A DNA stretch of 53,182 bases from Nitrospiraceae bacterium (GCA_037442105.1 JBBIQV010000017.1:1-53182), one strand, 5' to 3'. Positions 36,416 through 48,212 are shown, counted from the first letter of the stretch. The notes: generated by a model not told the origin, from the letters alone. Made by a program: numbers and translations.

Positions 36416-37222
36416 TTACTCCTCGTGCTCCTCATCCTTGCCCGCCGACCGGCAAATTCCGCGCTTGGTCCCCTCCATAAACGCCAGGACCTGGATTACA
36501 TCTTGGTTCTCCTTGAAAGCTTCTTTCGCAAGCTTCACCGCTTCAGCCATCCGATGGCCCGACCGGAATAAGAGATCGTAGGCGCGTTTTAACTCGACAA
36601 TCCGTTCATTGGAGAATCCATGCCGTTTGAGGCCGACCGAATTGAGACCGTACATCTTCGCTCGGTAGCCGCCGGCCGCCCGCATGAACGGCGGCACGTC
36701 CTGCCCCAGCGCGCTGCAGCCCCCGACCATCGAGTAGGCGCCGATGCGCACATACTGATGGATGCCGGACAACCCTCCTAAGATCGCATGGTCCCCAATC
36801 GTGATGTGCCCGGCCAAACTGGCCGCGTTGGCCAGAATCAAGTGGCTGCCAAGATGGCAGTCGTGGGCAACGTGGACGTACGCCATCAGGAAGTTATGGT
36901 GTCCGATCGTCGTCGTGCCTCCGCCCTGCACCGTCGCTCGGTTGATGGTGACATATTCCCGGAGGATGTTGTGATTCCCGATCACCACCCGAGTGGGCTC
37001 ACCCTTATAGTGCAGATGCTGCGGCGGGGCGCCGAGGGAAACAAAAGGATACACCTCGCACTGCTCCCCGATGTCCGTCCAACCATCGACGCTGACGTGC
37101 GAGATCAGTCGCGTGCCTCGTCCGATCTTGACGTGTTCTCCGACGACACAGAACGGCCCGATGATCACATCTTCGGCCAGGTCCGCTTTCGGATGCACAA
37201 TCGCTGACGAATGAATCTCCAC
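36416..37222 (-). CDS. lpxA: Acyl-ACP--UDP-N-acetylglucosamine acyltransferase
   Basis: Hexapeptide repeats, REYVTINRAT, HVAHDC, DVPPF, GLNSVGLKR. Confidence 0.95.
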   Translation of the reverse strand: MEIHSSAIVHPKADLAEDVIIGPFCVVGEHVKIGRGTRLISHVSVDGWTDIGEQCEVYPFVSLGAPPQHLHYKGEPTRVVIGNHNILREYVTINRATVQGGGTTTIGHHNFLMAYVHVAHDCHLGSHLILANAASLAGHITIGDHAILGGLSGIHQYVRIGAYSMVGGCSALGQDVPPFMRAAGGYRAKMYGLNSVGLKRHGFSNERIVELKRAYDLLFRSGHRMAEAVKLAKEAFKENQDVIQVLAFMEGTKRGICRSAGKDEEHEE

Positions 37223-37241
37223 TCGCTACCTCCAGTGAAAA

Positions 37242-37345
37242 ACGTCAATCGTCAATGGTCATTCGTCAAACGCCGGACGGATGTCCGGAGTTTGGCTCGA
37301 CGCTCCATCATCAAACGGTTGACGCATGACGGTTGACTATTGACG
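37242..37345. repeat. Inverted pair of heptamer arrays (CGTCAAT / TTGACGx)
   Basis: acgtcaatcgtcaatggtcattcgtcaaacg ... ttgacgcatgacggttgactattgacg. Confidence 0.8.
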
Positions 37346-37792
37346 GGCTTCACTCTTCTCCTCCGTCACCATCGCTGTAATTTCCGCTTCGCAGACCAGT
37401 TCCGACTCGACATACACGTTGGCTGCCATTTTCCAGAACGGCGGACGTTTTTTCAGCACATCCACTTCAAATCGGAGTTGATCTCCCGGCACGACCGGTC
37501 TCCGGAATTTCGCACCGTCCACGCCCGTGAGATACACGACCGGCCGACCCTTCTGGCTCAACGACTTAAACACCAGCACCCCCCCCACTTGCGCCATTGC
37601 CTCCAGGATCAACACGCCCGGCATCACCGGACGGCCGGGGAAATGCCCCTGGAAGAACGGTTCGTTGACGGTGACGTTCTTGATCCCGACGATTCGACGG
37701 TCGGCTTCCCATTCCTTGATCCGGTCCACCAGAAGAAAGGGATAGCGGTGCGGAAGCAACCCCTGAATCTCCACATTATCCATCGCTGACAT
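37337..37792 (-). CDS. fabZ: 3-hydroxyacyl-ACP dehydratase
   Basis: LPHRYPFLLVD, FFQGHFP, MPGVLILEAMAQ, FRRPVVPGD. Confidence 0.96.
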   Translation of the reverse strand: MSAMDNVEIQGLLPHRYPFLLVDRIKEWEADRRIVGIKNVTVNEPFFQGHFPGRPVMPGVLILEAMAQVGGVLVFKSLSQKGRPVVYLTGVDGAKFRRPVVPGDQLRFEVDVLKKRPPFWKMAANVYVESELVCEAEITAMVTEEKSEARQ

Positions 37793-37847
37793 CGCTTCAG
37801 CCTCCTGTCTGAGGATTCTGAGCCGTGTATCTCGTATTACGAATCGG

Positions 37848-38390
37848 TCACTTCTGTTGGTTGTCGAATTCCTTGACCACTTTGTCCGTGAGATCCAGAG
37901 ACGGGTGCGCGTACAACACGATCTTGATGGTGGCCTCGCTGCCCTTATCGAGCACGGCAGCGTACCCTTCTTTCTCTGCCACCACCAGCGCGGCTTGCCG
38001 GATCTTCTTGGCATACTCGCCGATCATCTCGCGTTGTTTCTCTTGAACTTCGCGGTTGAAATCCTGAATCCGCCGCTGATAGGCAGCCATCTTCGAACGA
38101 AACAGCTCCTGCTTCTCTTGTTTCACCGCCTCATTCAGCTTGGGGTCCTGGATCGTTTGTTCCAGCTCCTTCAACTCCTGATCGTCTGCATCGATAATCT
38201 TCTGACGGGTCGCTGAATACTGCTTCATTTCTTCTAACGCTCGCTTACCCGCTTTGGATCGTTCCATGATCGCCTGTTGGTCGATCACCGCCACTTTCAA
38301 CTGGTCCGCAGCCAGGCCGGGGAACACCACCCCCAGCAGGACCAGGAACCAGACCGCCATGCCGACTCCGAGCATCACCGCCATCTTCAT
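37848..38390 (-). CDS. OmpH/Skp periplasmic chaperone
   Basis: Signal peptide, KVAVID, long coiled coil, LDLTDKV. Confidence 0.88.
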   Translation of the reverse strand: MKMAVMLGVGMAVWFLVLLGVVFPGLAADQLKVAVIDQQAIMERSKAGKRALEEMKQYSATRQKIIDADDQELKELEQTIQDPKLNEAVKQEKQELFRSKMAAYQRRIQDFNREVQEKQREMIGEYAKKIRQAALVVAEKEGYAAVLDKGSEATIKIVLYAHPSLDLTDKVVKEFDNQQK

Positions 38391-38452
38391 GTCCTGACTC
38401 CCTCCTCCCATCTACGACCGCATAGGCGATCATCGCACATGCCGAACTTCCC

Positions 38453-39097
38453 TCAAGGGTACTCCTTGTTGAACTCTTCGATGACCTGGGCAGAAATATC
38501 CAATGCATCCTCCGTATAAACGGCTGGGCCACCTTTCCCCCGATCGATGACGAGCTGCAATCCCAGCCGCTTGGCGACTTTCCCCGTCATCAGATCAACC
38601 TTGTCACGGAAGCTCTCCAAGACATCTTTCTGTTTCTCTTGGACCTCGCGATTCAACTCGGCCGTCTTCTGCTGATACTCCTGCATCCGGCGACGAAATT
38701 GCGCCTCTCGCTCCTGCTTGGCGGCGGGGCTGAGGACGCTGGCCTGCTTGATGAAATCCTCCTCCATCCGGCGCAACTCTTTCTCCTCCAACTCAATCAA
38801 CGCCTGCCGGTTCTTTGAGAAAGAGGCCAACACATCCTTGGCCTTCTTGCCCGCGTTCGACTCGTTGAATAACCGTTGCGGATCGACGACGCCGACACGG
38901 ACGTTCGCGGGTACGGTCTGGGTTGTACAACCGGTCACAACCAAAAGCGCCATCGCCCCTACGGCTGCCCCGGCCCGACGCAGAATTCGCCGTCTCCTAT
39001 CTCTCATCAGGCCAGCGACGACCTGCCAGAGCCGATACACTCCTTTCGCTGATCGCCTGTTCCCCTTCCGGCTCACGCCCGTCCCTCCGCCTTGCAT
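38453..39097 (-). CDS. OmpH/Skp periplasmic chaperone (second copy; start uncertain)
   Basis: RVGVVD, SNAGK, coiled coil, LDISAQVI. Confidence 0.88.
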   Translation of the reverse strand: MQGGGTGVSRKGNRRSAKGVYRLWQVVAGLMRDRRRRILRRAGAAVGAMALLVVTGCTTQTVPANVRVGVVDPQRLFNESNAGKKAKDVLASFSKNRQALIELEEKELRRMEEDFIKQASVLSPAAKQEREAQFRRRMQEYQQKTAELNREVQEKQKDVLESFRDKVDLMTGKVAKRLGLQLVIDRGKGGPAVYTEDALDISAQVIEEFNKEYP

Positions 39098-39108
39098 ACT
39101 CGACTCGT

Positions 39109-41445
39109 TCAGAACAACGACCCGATGGTGAACTCAAAGACGCCTTTTCGCTCGCCTTCTCTTGCGCGCAGATTGATTCCGTAAGCGGCACGAAGCGGCC
39201 CAAAGGGAGAAATCCACCTGCCTTCGATACCAGCCGCGCTCCGCAGGTTCAACGACACAGGTTCGTTATCGTTGAATCCTTTTCCATAGTCGAAGAAGAT
39301 GACGCCGTTAAGTTTAGCCTCTGAAGAGATCGTAAAGATAAAGTCGTTATTGAAAATCAACTCGCGCGCGGCGCCGAGGAGCGACTGGTTCGGGGTGATG
39401 GGACCCGCCAGACCGAAGACGAAACCGCGCATGGTATTGATACCGCCCACGAAGAAACGCTCGGTCAATGGGATAGGCTTTCCTCCCATCCCTTCCACCG
39501 TGCCGTAGCGCACATGGTTGGAGATCCGAGTATCGAACAGCAAGGGTGTGTACTTAATCACATCGAAATAGAGTTTGTAAAAGTTATTGGTTCCGCCCAG
39601 GTACGGCGTGCCCAGGTCGACCCCGATGCTGGTCCGCCATCCCGTTCGGGGATCGAGGTAGTAATCGCGGGTATCCCTGGCCAGCGAGGTCCGGAACCCG
39701 GTGGTGGTCTGGAACCCAAGCTGATTACAGATGAGCGGTAATTGATCCGGGCATAGTCCCTCTTGCGGATCGCTGAAATTCAGTTGCTCGAACATCATGC
39801 TCACGCTGCCTGATACGTATTCCGACAGCCAACGCCCAAGGGTAACGCTGACCCCCCCTTTATCCTCGAAGTAGGTAATGTAGTTGGTGATCGTCTTATA
39901 GACATCCAACTGCAAGGAGGTGAGCGAATCCTCCAGGTAGGGATTCCGGAAAGTGATCAAACCCAGGCTTCGCTGCTGACCAAGCTGCCCGCGGATGCGG
40001 CCCATCCAACCGTTTCCACCAAGATTGCCTTCCGTGATATCGGCCACTGCCACCAGTTTATCGAGGGTGCTGAAGCCGCCGCCGATGCTGAACTGCCCGG
40101 TCGGTTTCTCCTTTACCTTCACGTTGAGATCGACCTTGTCTGTCTCGACCTGCTCCGGAAGGATCTCAACGGTTTCGAAAAAGTTCAGGTTGTTGAGCCG
40201 CTGAAAGCTGCGTTTCAGAGAGGGGGTGTCGATGACGTCCTGCTCGTCCACGCGTAATTCTCGCCGGATCACGTTATCCCGCGACTTGTCGTTGCCGCTG
40301 ATATTGATCTGGCGAATGCGCATCATCTCCCCTTCTTTGATATTGAGGATGATGGTCGCCGTCTTTTGGTCGTTATCGGGATTGACATTCGGCACGACGT
40401 CGGCAAACGCGTACCCTTTGCTCCCATACATGTCGGTCAGCCGCGTAATCTCATCGCGGATCTTCGCACGCTGAAAGATCTCGCCCGGCTTAATTTTCAA
40501 TCCTTCCCGCAACTCCGCATCCTCGAATACGGTATAGCCACGGTACCCCACCTCCGCCACCGTGAAGGGCTCGCCTTCCTGGATGGTGTAGCTCACCAGG
40601 AACCATTTCTTGTCTTCGGTCAGCTCGACCGATGGGGCGCTCACTTGGACATTGAGGTAGCCCTTGTTGAGATAGACTTCCCTGATACGCTCCACATCAT
40701 TGAACAGTTCTTCTCGTTTCAGAATGCCCGCGTCCGACAAAATGGACGGGAGCTTCAATTGCGTGATGAGGCCATACCAAGGAATCCATTCCCGCGTCGC
40801 GACCACCTTAAAGATTTCCTCTTTCGTCACCGCCCGCATGCCCTCGAAGTTGATGGTCTTGACTCGAGTTTTGTCCCCTTCTTTCACAAAAAAGGTGAGC
40901 CGCTTGCGTTCTTCGTCCAGCGATTGAATGACGGGAACGACCTGGCAGGTGTAGTAGCCGTCTTCCTGGTAGGCGAGCCGGATTTTCTCCGCGCTCTCTT
41001 TGGCTTGCAGCTGATCCAAGAACGTTTGGCTTTTTATGGTGATCTTTTCCTTCAGCTTGTCGTCGCTGAGGTTCTCATTACCGTCGAACACGATCTCCGT
41101 GATGAACGGTTTTTCCCGGACAACAAACACAACGGACACGCCACCGGGCACCGAATCTGTTTCGACTTGTACATCTTCGAAAAATCCGCTGTCGTAAAGA
41201 ATTTTGACCTGCGTTCGGATGGCTTCCGACTCGTACGGTTCATCCAACTTTAATGTCAGCCGCCCGCTGATCGCCGCCAGCTCGATCCGCTTGTTTCCCC
41301 GTATATCGATGGACTTCACCTTCGGACTACTATTCGGAGGACCACTATTTTGCGAGGCGGCGTGGCTCGCCCAGACAAAGAACAGTACGATCGCCAGCCC
41401 AAGGGCACAGCCATGCGTGCGCCACCGCGTCCCCTGTCGGGTCAC
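39109..41445 (-). CDS. bamA: Outer membrane protein assembly factor
   Basis: POTRA repeats, DNVIRRE, MRGF, WISPFGPL, C-terminal Phe. Confidence 0.95.
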   Translation of the reverse strand: MTRQGTRWRTHGCALGLAIVLFFVWASHAASQNSGPPNSSPKVKSIDIRGNKRIELAAISGRLTLKLDEPYESEAIRTQVKILYDSGFFEDVQVETDSVPGGVSVVFVVREKPFITEIVFDGNENLSDDKLKEKITIKSQTFLDQLQAKESAEKIRLAYQEDGYYTCQVVPVIQSLDEERKRLTFFVKEGDKTRVKTINFEGMRAVTKEEIFKVVATREWIPWYGLITQLKLPSILSDAGILKREELFNDVERIREVYLNKGYLNVQVSAPSVELTEDKKWFLVSYTIQEGEPFTVAEVGYRGYTVFEDAELREGLKIKPGEIFQRAKIRDEITRLTDMYGSKGYAFADVVPNVNPDNDQKTATIILNIKEGEMMRIRQINISGNDKSRDNVIRRELRVDEQDVIDTPSLKRSFQRLNNLNFFETVEILPEQVETDKVDLNVKVKEKPTGQFSIGGGFSTLDKLVAVADITEGNLGGNGWMGRIRGQLGQQRSLGLITFRNPYLEDSLTSLQLDVYKTITNYITYFEDKGGVSVTLGRWLSEYVSGSVSMMFEQLNFSDPQEGLCPDQLPLICNQLGFQTTTGFRTSLARDTRDYYLDPRTGWRTSIGVDLGTPYLGGTNNFYKLYFDVIKYTPLLFDTRISNHVRYGTVEGMGGKPIPLTERFFVGGINTMRGFVFGLAGPITPNQSLLGAARELIFNNDFIFTISSEAKLNGVIFFDYGKGFNDNEPVSLNLRSAAGIEGRWISPFGPLRAAYGINLRAREGERKGVFEFTIGSLF

Positions 41446-41681
41446 GGAAGTCCTTCTAGAGACGCCGACAGACGAGGTGACTGCGTCATGGACATAGCAA
41501 CCAGGGACCCACCGGCCACGCCAAGCACACGCTCAAGAAGAAGCTGAAACAAAACTTTTGGATTATATTGACGCATCGGAGCAATGTAAAGGAGAGTTTC
41601 CTTGCAGCGGCGAACATGTGCCGCGCTGCAGCGAATCGCGCGCGCCTTGACTTCACGTGGGTCATCACATAGTATCGCCCC

Positions 41682-42584
41682 ATGCCGCCGACTGCTGTTC
41701 GCAAGGCCGTCATCCCTGCCGCTGGCCTCGGTACCCGTTTTCTCCCCGCCACCAAGGCCTCTCCAAAAGAGATGCTTCCCTTGGTGGATAAGCCGCTGAT
41801 TCAATATGTCGTGGAAGAAGCCGTTGCCTCAGGCATCGAAGATGTTATTATCATCACGGGGCGCGGCAAGCGCGCGATCGAAGATCATTTCGACCGCTCT
41901 CTCGAACTCGAAGAAAACCTCGAGGAAAGCGGCAAAGCCCAGCTCCTGCTTCAGATTCGCCACATTTCCAATCTGGCGAATTTCTGTTATGTCCGGCAAC
42001 CCGAAGCGCTCGGTTTAGGACATGCGGTGTTATGCGCGCAACATCTGATCGGGGATGAACCGTTCGCGGTCATCCTGGGCGACGAGATCATCGATGCTCC
42101 TGTCCCGGCACTGGCCCAACTGGTCAATATTTACAAGAAACGCCGTGGGGCCGTGTTGGGTGTGCAAAAAGTTCCGGAGGCGGACGTCAGCCGATACGGC
42201 ATCGTTACTCCCCGTCACTTGTCCAACGGCCTGCATCGAGTCGAGGATCTCATCGAAAAGCCCGCGCCGGCTCAGGCGCCATCGCGGTTGGCCGTCATCG
42301 GGCGGTATGTCCTGTCCCCGGACATTTTTGAGATTCTGCGGAAGACCCCGCCGGGGAAAAACGGCGAGATCCAACTGACGGATGCCCTGCGCCAGTTAGC
42401 CGCAAGGGCTCCGATGTACGCACACGAAATCCGAGGGCAACGGCACGACGCAGGTGATAAACTCGGGTTTCTGATCGCAACCGTGGAACTGGCGCTCAAG
42501 AACTCTTCCCTCGGCCCGTCGTTTTCCCAGTATCTCCAGCGGCGGTTGAAATCGATGACGCACAAACGCCGGACGCAGGAGTGA
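41682..42584 (+). CDS. galU: UTP--glucose-1-phosphate uridylyltransferase
   Basis: [38 protein letters not shown]. Confidence 0.96.
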   Translation: MPPTAVRKAVIPAAGLGTRFLPATKASPKEMLPLVDKPLIQYVVEEAVASGIEDVIIITGRGKRAIEDHFDRSLELEENLEESGKAQLLLQIRHISNLANFCYVRQPEALGLGHAVLCAQHLIGDEPFAVILGDEIIDAPVPALAQLVNIYKKRRGAVLGVQKVPEADVSRYGIVTPRHLSNGLHRVEDLIEKPAPAQAPSRLAVIGRYVLSPDIFEILRKTPPGKNGEIQLTDALRQLAARAPMYAHEIRGQRHDAGDKLGFLIATVELALKNSSLGPSFSQYLQRRLKSMTHKRRTQE

Positions 42585-42678
42585 CTCCGCAGAAGTCTCG
42601 GCGCCGCGAGCAAACCCTCGCCGTGAATCAACCGGTCGCTTCGACATCGCCTTTTCCAACGGAGGAACACCGCCAGCA

Positions 42679-45159
42679 ATGAGTGAATCAGCCGAACCAG
42701 ATCTTCAACAAGTCCAGGCCGCCGAAATTCCGGATCAGCTTCCACTGCTCCCGGTTCGCGACATCGTCGTCTTTCCCTACATGGTCCTTCCGCTCTTTGT
42801 CGGCAGAGAGATGTCCATCAAGGCGATCGAAGCGGCGTTGTCCGGCAACCGGATGATCTTCCTTGCCACACAAAAGGCCCTCGACGTCGAGAACCCGAGA
42901 CCCGAAGACATCCATGCCGTCGGCACCGTCGGCATCATCATGCGCATGCTGAAGCTGCCCGACGAACGGATCAAAATCCTGGTGCAGGGCCTCTCCAAGG
43001 GAAAGGTCGAAGAGTACATCCAATCGGAACCCTACTATTCGGTCCGCATCACCAAGCTGACGGAGCACAAGCAGGCCGGCTCCTCGCTGGAAATGGAAGC
43101 CGTGATGCGGACGGTGAAGGAGCAGATCGAGCGGATCGTCAGCCTCGGCAAGGTCCTGATCCCCGATGTCATGGTGGTCATCGAGAACCTGGAAGATCCT
43201 GGACGACTCGCCGACATGGTGGCCTCGAACCTCGGCCTGAAAGTAGAGGTGACGCAGGGCGTTCTGGAGATCACCGATCCCATCAAACGCCTGAAGCAGG
43301 TCAGCGATATTCTCGCCAAAGAAATCGAAGTCCTCTCGATGCAGCAGAAGATCCAGGCCCAGGCCAAGGGCGAGATGGATAAGACCCAGCGCGAGTACTT
43401 CCTCCGTGAACAGTTGAAGGCCATTCAGAAGGAACTGGGCGAGTTGGATGAACGGGCCGAAGAGGTCGCGGAATTCCGCAAACGCATCAAAGACGCCAAG
43501 ATGCCCGAAAAGGTGCTCAAGGAGAGCGAGAAGCAACTGAAGCGTTTGGAGAAGATGCACCCGGATACGGCGGAGTCGGCGACGGTCCGGACCTACTTGG
43601 AGTGGATGGTCGAGTTGCCGTGGTCGAAGAAATCAAAGGACAATCTCGACTTAAAAGCCGCCGCCAAGGTGCTGAACGAGGATCACTACGACCTGGAAAA
43701 AGTCAAAGAGCGGATCCTGGAATATCTCGCCGTCCGGAAACTGAAAGAGAAGATGAAGGGTCCGATTCTCTGTTTCGTCGGCCCGCCCGGTGTCGGCAAA
43801 ACATCGCTTGGCAAGTCCATTGCCCGCTCATTGGGCCGAGAATTCGTTCGGATCAGCCTCGGCGGCGTGCGGGATGAAGCGGAAATCCGGGGCCACCGCC
43901 GGACATACGTCGGCGCCTTGCCGGGCCGCATCATTCAAGGCATCAAACAGGCCGGCACCAACAATCCCGTTTTCATGCTCGACGAAGTCGATAAGGTCGG
44001 CATGGATTTCCGCGGGGACCCCTCCGCCGCCTTGCTGGAAGTGCTGGACCCCGAGCAGAACAACTCGTTCACCGACCACTATCTCGGCGTGCCCTTCGAT
44101 CTGACGGAAGTGATGTTCATCACGACGGCGAACCTCATCGACCCGATTCTGCCGGCACTACGCGATCGCATGGAGATCATCGAGATTCCCGGCTATACCG
44201 AGGAGGAAAAACTCGGGATCGCGCAAAAGTACCTCATCCCCCGCCAGCTCAACGAGCACGGGATCACGGAGAAGCATATCCGCATCGTCGAACCCGCGAT
44301 GCGGCAGATCATCTCCCACTACACGCGCGAGGCCGGCGTCCGGAACCTCGAACGGGAAGTGGCCAACGTGATGCGCAAGGTAGCAAAGAAAGTCGCGGAG
44401 GGTAAGGCCCAGTGCCAGATCATTACGCCCGCCAACCTGAACAAGTACTTGGGCGTTCCCAAGTTCGTGCCGGAGGCCGAACTGGAAAAAGATGAGATCG
44501 GAGTGGCCACGGGACTGGCGTGGACGGAATCCGGCGGCGACGTGTTGTACATCGAAGCGACCGCCATGAAAGGCAAAGGCCAACTCACGCTCACCGGACA
44601 CCTGGGCGACGTGATGAAGGAATCGGCCCAGGCCGCGCTCAGCTATGTGCGTTCCCGAGAAAAATCGCTGAGGATCAATCCGGACGCGTTCACCAAGCAG
44701 GACCTGCACATTCACGTCCCGGCCGGCGCCATTCCGAAAGACGGCCCTTCGGCAGGCATCACCATGGCGACGGCAATCGCATCGGCGCTGGCACAGATTC
44801 CAGCCCGCCGCGACTTGGCCATGACCGGCGAGATCACACTGCGAGGCCGGGTGTTGCCGATCGGCGGGCTCAAGGAAAAAATTCTCGCGGCCAAGCGGGC
44901 CAAACTGACCACCGTCATCCTGCCGAAGCGGAACAAAAAGGATCTGGAGGAAATCCCCAAACACCTCCTGAAAGGTGTTCAGTTGGTGTTCGCCGAAACG
45001 ATGGACGACGTCATCAAAACCGCCCTACGGCGGGGAACACGATCGCAAGCGAGTTCGGCAACGTCTCGCCAACGAAACATCGGCTCACGCGCGAACAAGA
45101 CGAAACGCGCCGCCCGGTCGTCCTCCTCACCGGTCGCGTCCATTCCCGCTCCCTTGTAG
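42679..45159 (+). CDS. lon: ATP-dependent protease La
   Basis: [25 protein letters not shown] (catalytic Ser), GGLKEK. Confidence 0.97.
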   Translation: MSESAEPDLQQVQAAEIPDQLPLLPVRDIVVFPYMVLPLFVGREMSIKAIEAALSGNRMIFLATQKALDVENPRPEDIHAVGTVGIIMRMLKLPDERIKILVQGLSKGKVEEYIQSEPYYSVRITKLTEHKQAGSSLEMEAVMRTVKEQIERIVSLGKVLIPDVMVVIENLEDPGRLADMVASNLGLKVEVTQGVLEITDPIKRLKQVSDILAKEIEVLSMQQKIQAQAKGEMDKTQREYFLREQLKAIQKELGELDERAEEVAEFRKRIKDAKMPEKVLKESEKQLKRLEKMHPDTAESATVRTYLEWMVELPWSKKSKDNLDLKAAAKVLNEDHYDLEKVKERILEYLAVRKLKEKMKGPILCFVGPPGVGKTSLGKSIARSLGREFVRISLGGVRDEAEIRGHRRTYVGALPGRIIQGIKQAGTNNPVFMLDEVDKVGMDFRGDPSAALLEVLDPEQNNSFTDHYLGVPFDLTEVMFITTANLIDPILPALRDRMEIIEIPGYTEEEKLGIAQKYLIPRQLNEHGITEKHIRIVEPAMRQIISHYTREAGVRNLEREVANVMRKVAKKVAEGKAQCQIITPANLNKYLGVPKFVPEAELEKDEIGVATGLAWTESGGDVLYIEATAMKGKGQLTLTGHLGDVMKESAQAALSYVRSREKSLRINPDAFTKQDLHIHVPAGAIPKDGPSAGITMATAIASALAQIPARRDLAMTGEITLRGRVLPIGGLKEKILAAKRAKLTTVILPKRNKKDLEEIPKHLLKGVQLVFAETMDDVIKTALRRGTRSQASSATSRQRNIGSRANKTKRAARSSSSPVASIPAPL

Positions 45160-45160
45160 C

Positions 45161-46225
45161 ATGTCATCGGGCTCCACGCGCAATCGTGCATCTCCTCTTC
45201 GCGAATTCGAACTGATCCGCCTCTTGCATCGCCGCTTCGGGCGTTCCACTCCATCTGTGATCCGAGGCATCGGTGAGGACGCGGCCGTTATCAAGACCTC
45301 AGCGAAGGACGCGCTGTTGGCAACCACGGATCTCCTGGCCGAGGGCATCCACTTCGATCTCGCTCATGCCGGCTTTGAGACAGTCGGGTACCGCGCCGCC
45401 ATCGCCAACTTGAGCGATATCGCCGCCATGGGGGGCACGCCTCGTTTTCTCTTCGTCGCACTGGCCATACCCGCACATTACCAGACATCGCAGATCATCG
45501 CCTTATATCGAGGCCTGATGCGCGCCTGCCGCCCGTTCGATGTATGTCTGACAGGCGGGGACACCTCGGCATCGCGACAAGGTCTCTTCCTGAGCATCAC
45601 TCTGCTCGGAACAATGCCTGCGAAACAGGCTCTGAGGCGTAACGGCGCGCGGATCGGGGACCTCATCTACGTGACCGGAACCTTGGGGGACTCTCGCGCT
45701 GGTCTTCAATTGCTTATGTCTGGCAGAAACCGGAGCCGCCGGTCCGCCCCACGCCGTCATGCCCTCACCCGACATGATCGATTCTTGATTCGACGCCACC
45801 TGCACCCCTCCGCTCGAATCGCCGAGGGACGACTCCTCGCCTCTGCACGACTGGCCTCCGCAGCCATCGACATATCCGACGGGCTATCGGGCGATTTGCG
45901 ACATCTCTGCGAGCAAAGCGGGGTCGGGGCGGAAATTTTCCTATCGAAACTCCCGGTCTCTCCGGCCTGTCATGCCTACGCGCAACAACGCCGTCTCGAC
46001 CCAGCCCAACAAGCCCTGAGCGGCGGGGAAGACTATGAGTTGCTGTTCACGGTGCCCCCGCGCAGGCGGGCGCAACTCGACCGCCTCGGCAGCGCGCGCG
46101 GCTTTCGCCTGACCTGCATCGGCGAGATCAGACCTGCGCATGCCGGCATTACAACAAGAGGGCCCGACGGAACAGTGCGACCACTGCGCGTCACAAGTTA
46201 CGAACACTTTCACCGATCAACCTGA
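45161..46225 (+). CDS. thiL: Thiamine-monophosphate kinase
   Basis: EFELI, GIGEDAA, NLSDIAAMG, GGDT, DISDGL, GGEDYELLFT. Confidence 0.94.
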   Translation: MSSGSTRNRASPLREFELIRLLHRRFGRSTPSVIRGIGEDAAVIKTSAKDALLATTDLLAEGIHFDLAHAGFETVGYRAAIANLSDIAAMGGTPRFLFVALAIPAHYQTSQIIALYRGLMRACRPFDVCLTGGDTSASRQGLFLSITLLGTMPAKQALRRNGARIGDLIYVTGTLGDSRAGLQLLMSGRNRSRRSAPRRHALTRHDRFLIRRHLHPSARIAEGRLLASARLASAAIDISDGLSGDLRHLCEQSGVGAEIFLSKLPVSPACHAYAQQRRLDPAQQALSGGEDYELLFTVPPRRRAQLDRLGSARGFRLTCIGEIRPAHAGITTRGPDGTVRPLRVTSYEHFHRST

Positions 46226-46234
46226 GCTACCCCG

Positions 46235-46723
46235 GTGTTCTCTCTTTCCCGCATGCGGTCTACACTTCGTCAGGTCCTCCATCTGAGGGAGTCACCGCAT
46301 CGAACCGCGCTGGCCTTTGCCGCAGGTGTTTTTATCACCTTTTCTCCGACCTATGGGCTCCATGTGCTCATGGCCGTCTTTTGCGCGTGGGCCTTCGGCC
46401 TCAACTTTCTCGCCTTGTTCCTCGGCTTGTCGATCAACAATCCCTGGACCATTGTGCCGATCCTCGGTCTCACCTTCTGGACAGGCGCCCGCCTCCTTGG
46501 CATGCCGGACCCGCCACCGTTTGATTGGAGCGACTTGAGCTTCACGGCGATTTACCAGCAGGTCATGCCCTATGCGTTACCGTTCTTCCTCGGAGGCCTG
46601 GTCCTCAGCGTGCTCGGCGCCGGGCTGTCCTACCCGGCTGCTTACTTGTTCATCACCAAGTACCGCCGGGCCCATCCACCCGATCGGGATGCGCCATTGC
46701 CCCCTCTGCGCGAGGTGGGCTAA
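46235..46723 (+). CDS. DUF2062 membrane protein
   Basis: ESPHRTALAFAAGVFITFSP, NNPWT. Confidence 0.82.
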   Translation: MFSLSRMRSTLRQVLHLRESPHRTALAFAAGVFITFSPTYGLHVLMAVFCAWAFGLNFLALFLGLSINNPWTIVPILGLTFWTGARLLGMPDPPPFDWSDLSFTAIYQQVMPYALPFFLGGLVLSVLGAGLSYPAAYLFITKYRRAHPPDRDAPLPPLREVG

Positions 46724-46732
46724 GATGACGCC

Positions 46733-48154
46733 GTGCGCGAGTCACGTTCCCAAGCCAAGTTCCCCTATGACGGCTCGGCGCTGTTTGCCGATCCGATCCA
46801 CGAGTACGTCTCCTTCACCGTTCCCTTCTCGACACCGGACCAGTCGGAGCGAACGGAGAAGGACCTGATCGATTCCCCCTGGGTCCAACGGCTCCGCTAT
46901 ATCTACCAGCTCCAGAGCGCGCGATGGGTCTACCCATCAGCCGAACATAGCCGTTTCGTCCACTCACTCGGCACGATGCATGTGGCCGGTCGCTTCGCTC
47001 GACACCTCTACCCGTTTCTCAAACAGGCCGTAAAGGAGGCGCCGTCGGCGAACTACGTCGAAGAACTGCTCCGCATCACCGCGCTCGTACACGACATCGG
47101 GCACGGCCCGTTTTGCCATTTCTTCGACGACAACTTTCTGCGTTCGTTCCACCTGACCCATGAGAAGTTAGGACAGATCATCATCCGCGATCACCTCGGC
47201 CCGATCATCCGGAAAATCCGCCGCAGCCCGTCCGGACCGTTCGCAAGGGGAGAATCGCTCGACCCCGATCACATCGCGCATCTCATCTTGAAGGAGAAGG
47301 GAAAGGACATGTCGCGGGTGCCGCGATGGCTCACCGCATTGCAGCCGGTCATTTCCGGCAGTTACACCGCGGACAACCTGGACTACGTGCTGCGCGACGC
47401 CTATATGTGCGGCGTCGCGGTCGGCCCGGTCGATCTCACCAGGCTCATTCACTACACCATCGTCACCGAGAAGGGGTTCACAATCCATAAAACCGGCCTG
47501 CCGGCGCTGCAGATGTTCCTCAACACGCGGATGTACCTCTACTCGAACGTGTATTACCACCGGACGACCAGAGCGATCGACATCCACCTGCGCGACATCT
47601 TCGGCGACACCATGAAGCTCCTGTACCCACATGACCCGCGCAAGAAGATGGACGATTACCTGACGTTGACTGACTGGTCGCTGCTCGAAGAGGTACGAGG
47701 GTGGCCGCGCGCGCGGAACTCGGCGCGTCGGCGCCTGGGAGAGGAATGGGGTCGGATCCTGAACCGCGACGTGAAGTGGAAGATGGCCTACAGCACGGTG
47801 CTGAAAGAAAAGGGCCAGGAACGCGGAATGGATTTTCCCAGCCACGGGCAATTCGAGAAACAGATTCACAAAGAGTTGCCGGCGGAGCTGCAGAAGCTGG
47901 AGTTCAGAGTGGACATGGCCCCGCTCGATCCTCGACCGGACCCGAAGGACACGCGCGGCATTCCACTCTACGTCTATGACCCCGGCACCAAAGCCGTCTC
48001 AACCGAACCGTTGGAAGAGTTTCTCGATCTCCTCCCCACCCGTTTGGTCCAATTCCGCATCTACTCGCACGACCACAAGCACGATGCCGCCCTCTCCCGC
48101 GCCGCCGCCACGGTGCTGAACAAGACTCCGTCGAGCATCGAGTCGAACATCTAA
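46733..48154 (+). CDS. HD-domain phosphohydrolase (SAMHD1/dNTPase-like)
   Basis: DPIH, QRLRYIYQL, AEHSRFVHSLG, HDIGHGPFCH, DNLDYVLRD, VYYH. Confidence 0.88.
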   Translation: MRESRSQAKFPYDGSALFADPIHEYVSFTVPFSTPDQSERTEKDLIDSPWVQRLRYIYQLQSARWVYPSAEHSRFVHSLGTMHVAGRFARHLYPFLKQAVKEAPSANYVEELLRITALVHDIGHGPFCHFFDDNFLRSFHLTHEKLGQIIIRDHLGPIIRKIRRSPSGPFARGESLDPDHIAHLILKEKGKDMSRVPRWLTALQPVISGSYTADNLDYVLRDAYMCGVAVGPVDLTRLIHYTIVTEKGFTIHKTGLPALQMFLNTRMYLYSNVYYHRTTRAIDIHLRDIFGDTMKLLYPHDPRKKMDDYLTLTDWSLLEEVRGWPRARNSARRRLGEEWGRILNRDVKWKMAYSTVLKEKGQERGMDFPSHGQFEKQIHKELPAELQKLEFRVDMAPLDPRPDPKDTRGIPLYVYDPGTKAVSTEPLEEFLDLLPTRLVQFRIYSHDHKHDAALSRAAATVLNKTPSSIESNI

Positions 48155-48212
48155 CGTCCTCCGATCCGCCGGCAAAATTGTTCGACCGTTTTCCGAGTCG
48201 CGAATAACGCGG

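Noticed and set aside
41442..41804. ORFs in the bamA-galU divergent gap
   Set aside because: Overlap galU antisense and the probable promoter region; no coding signal, and specific promoter boxes could not be assigned.
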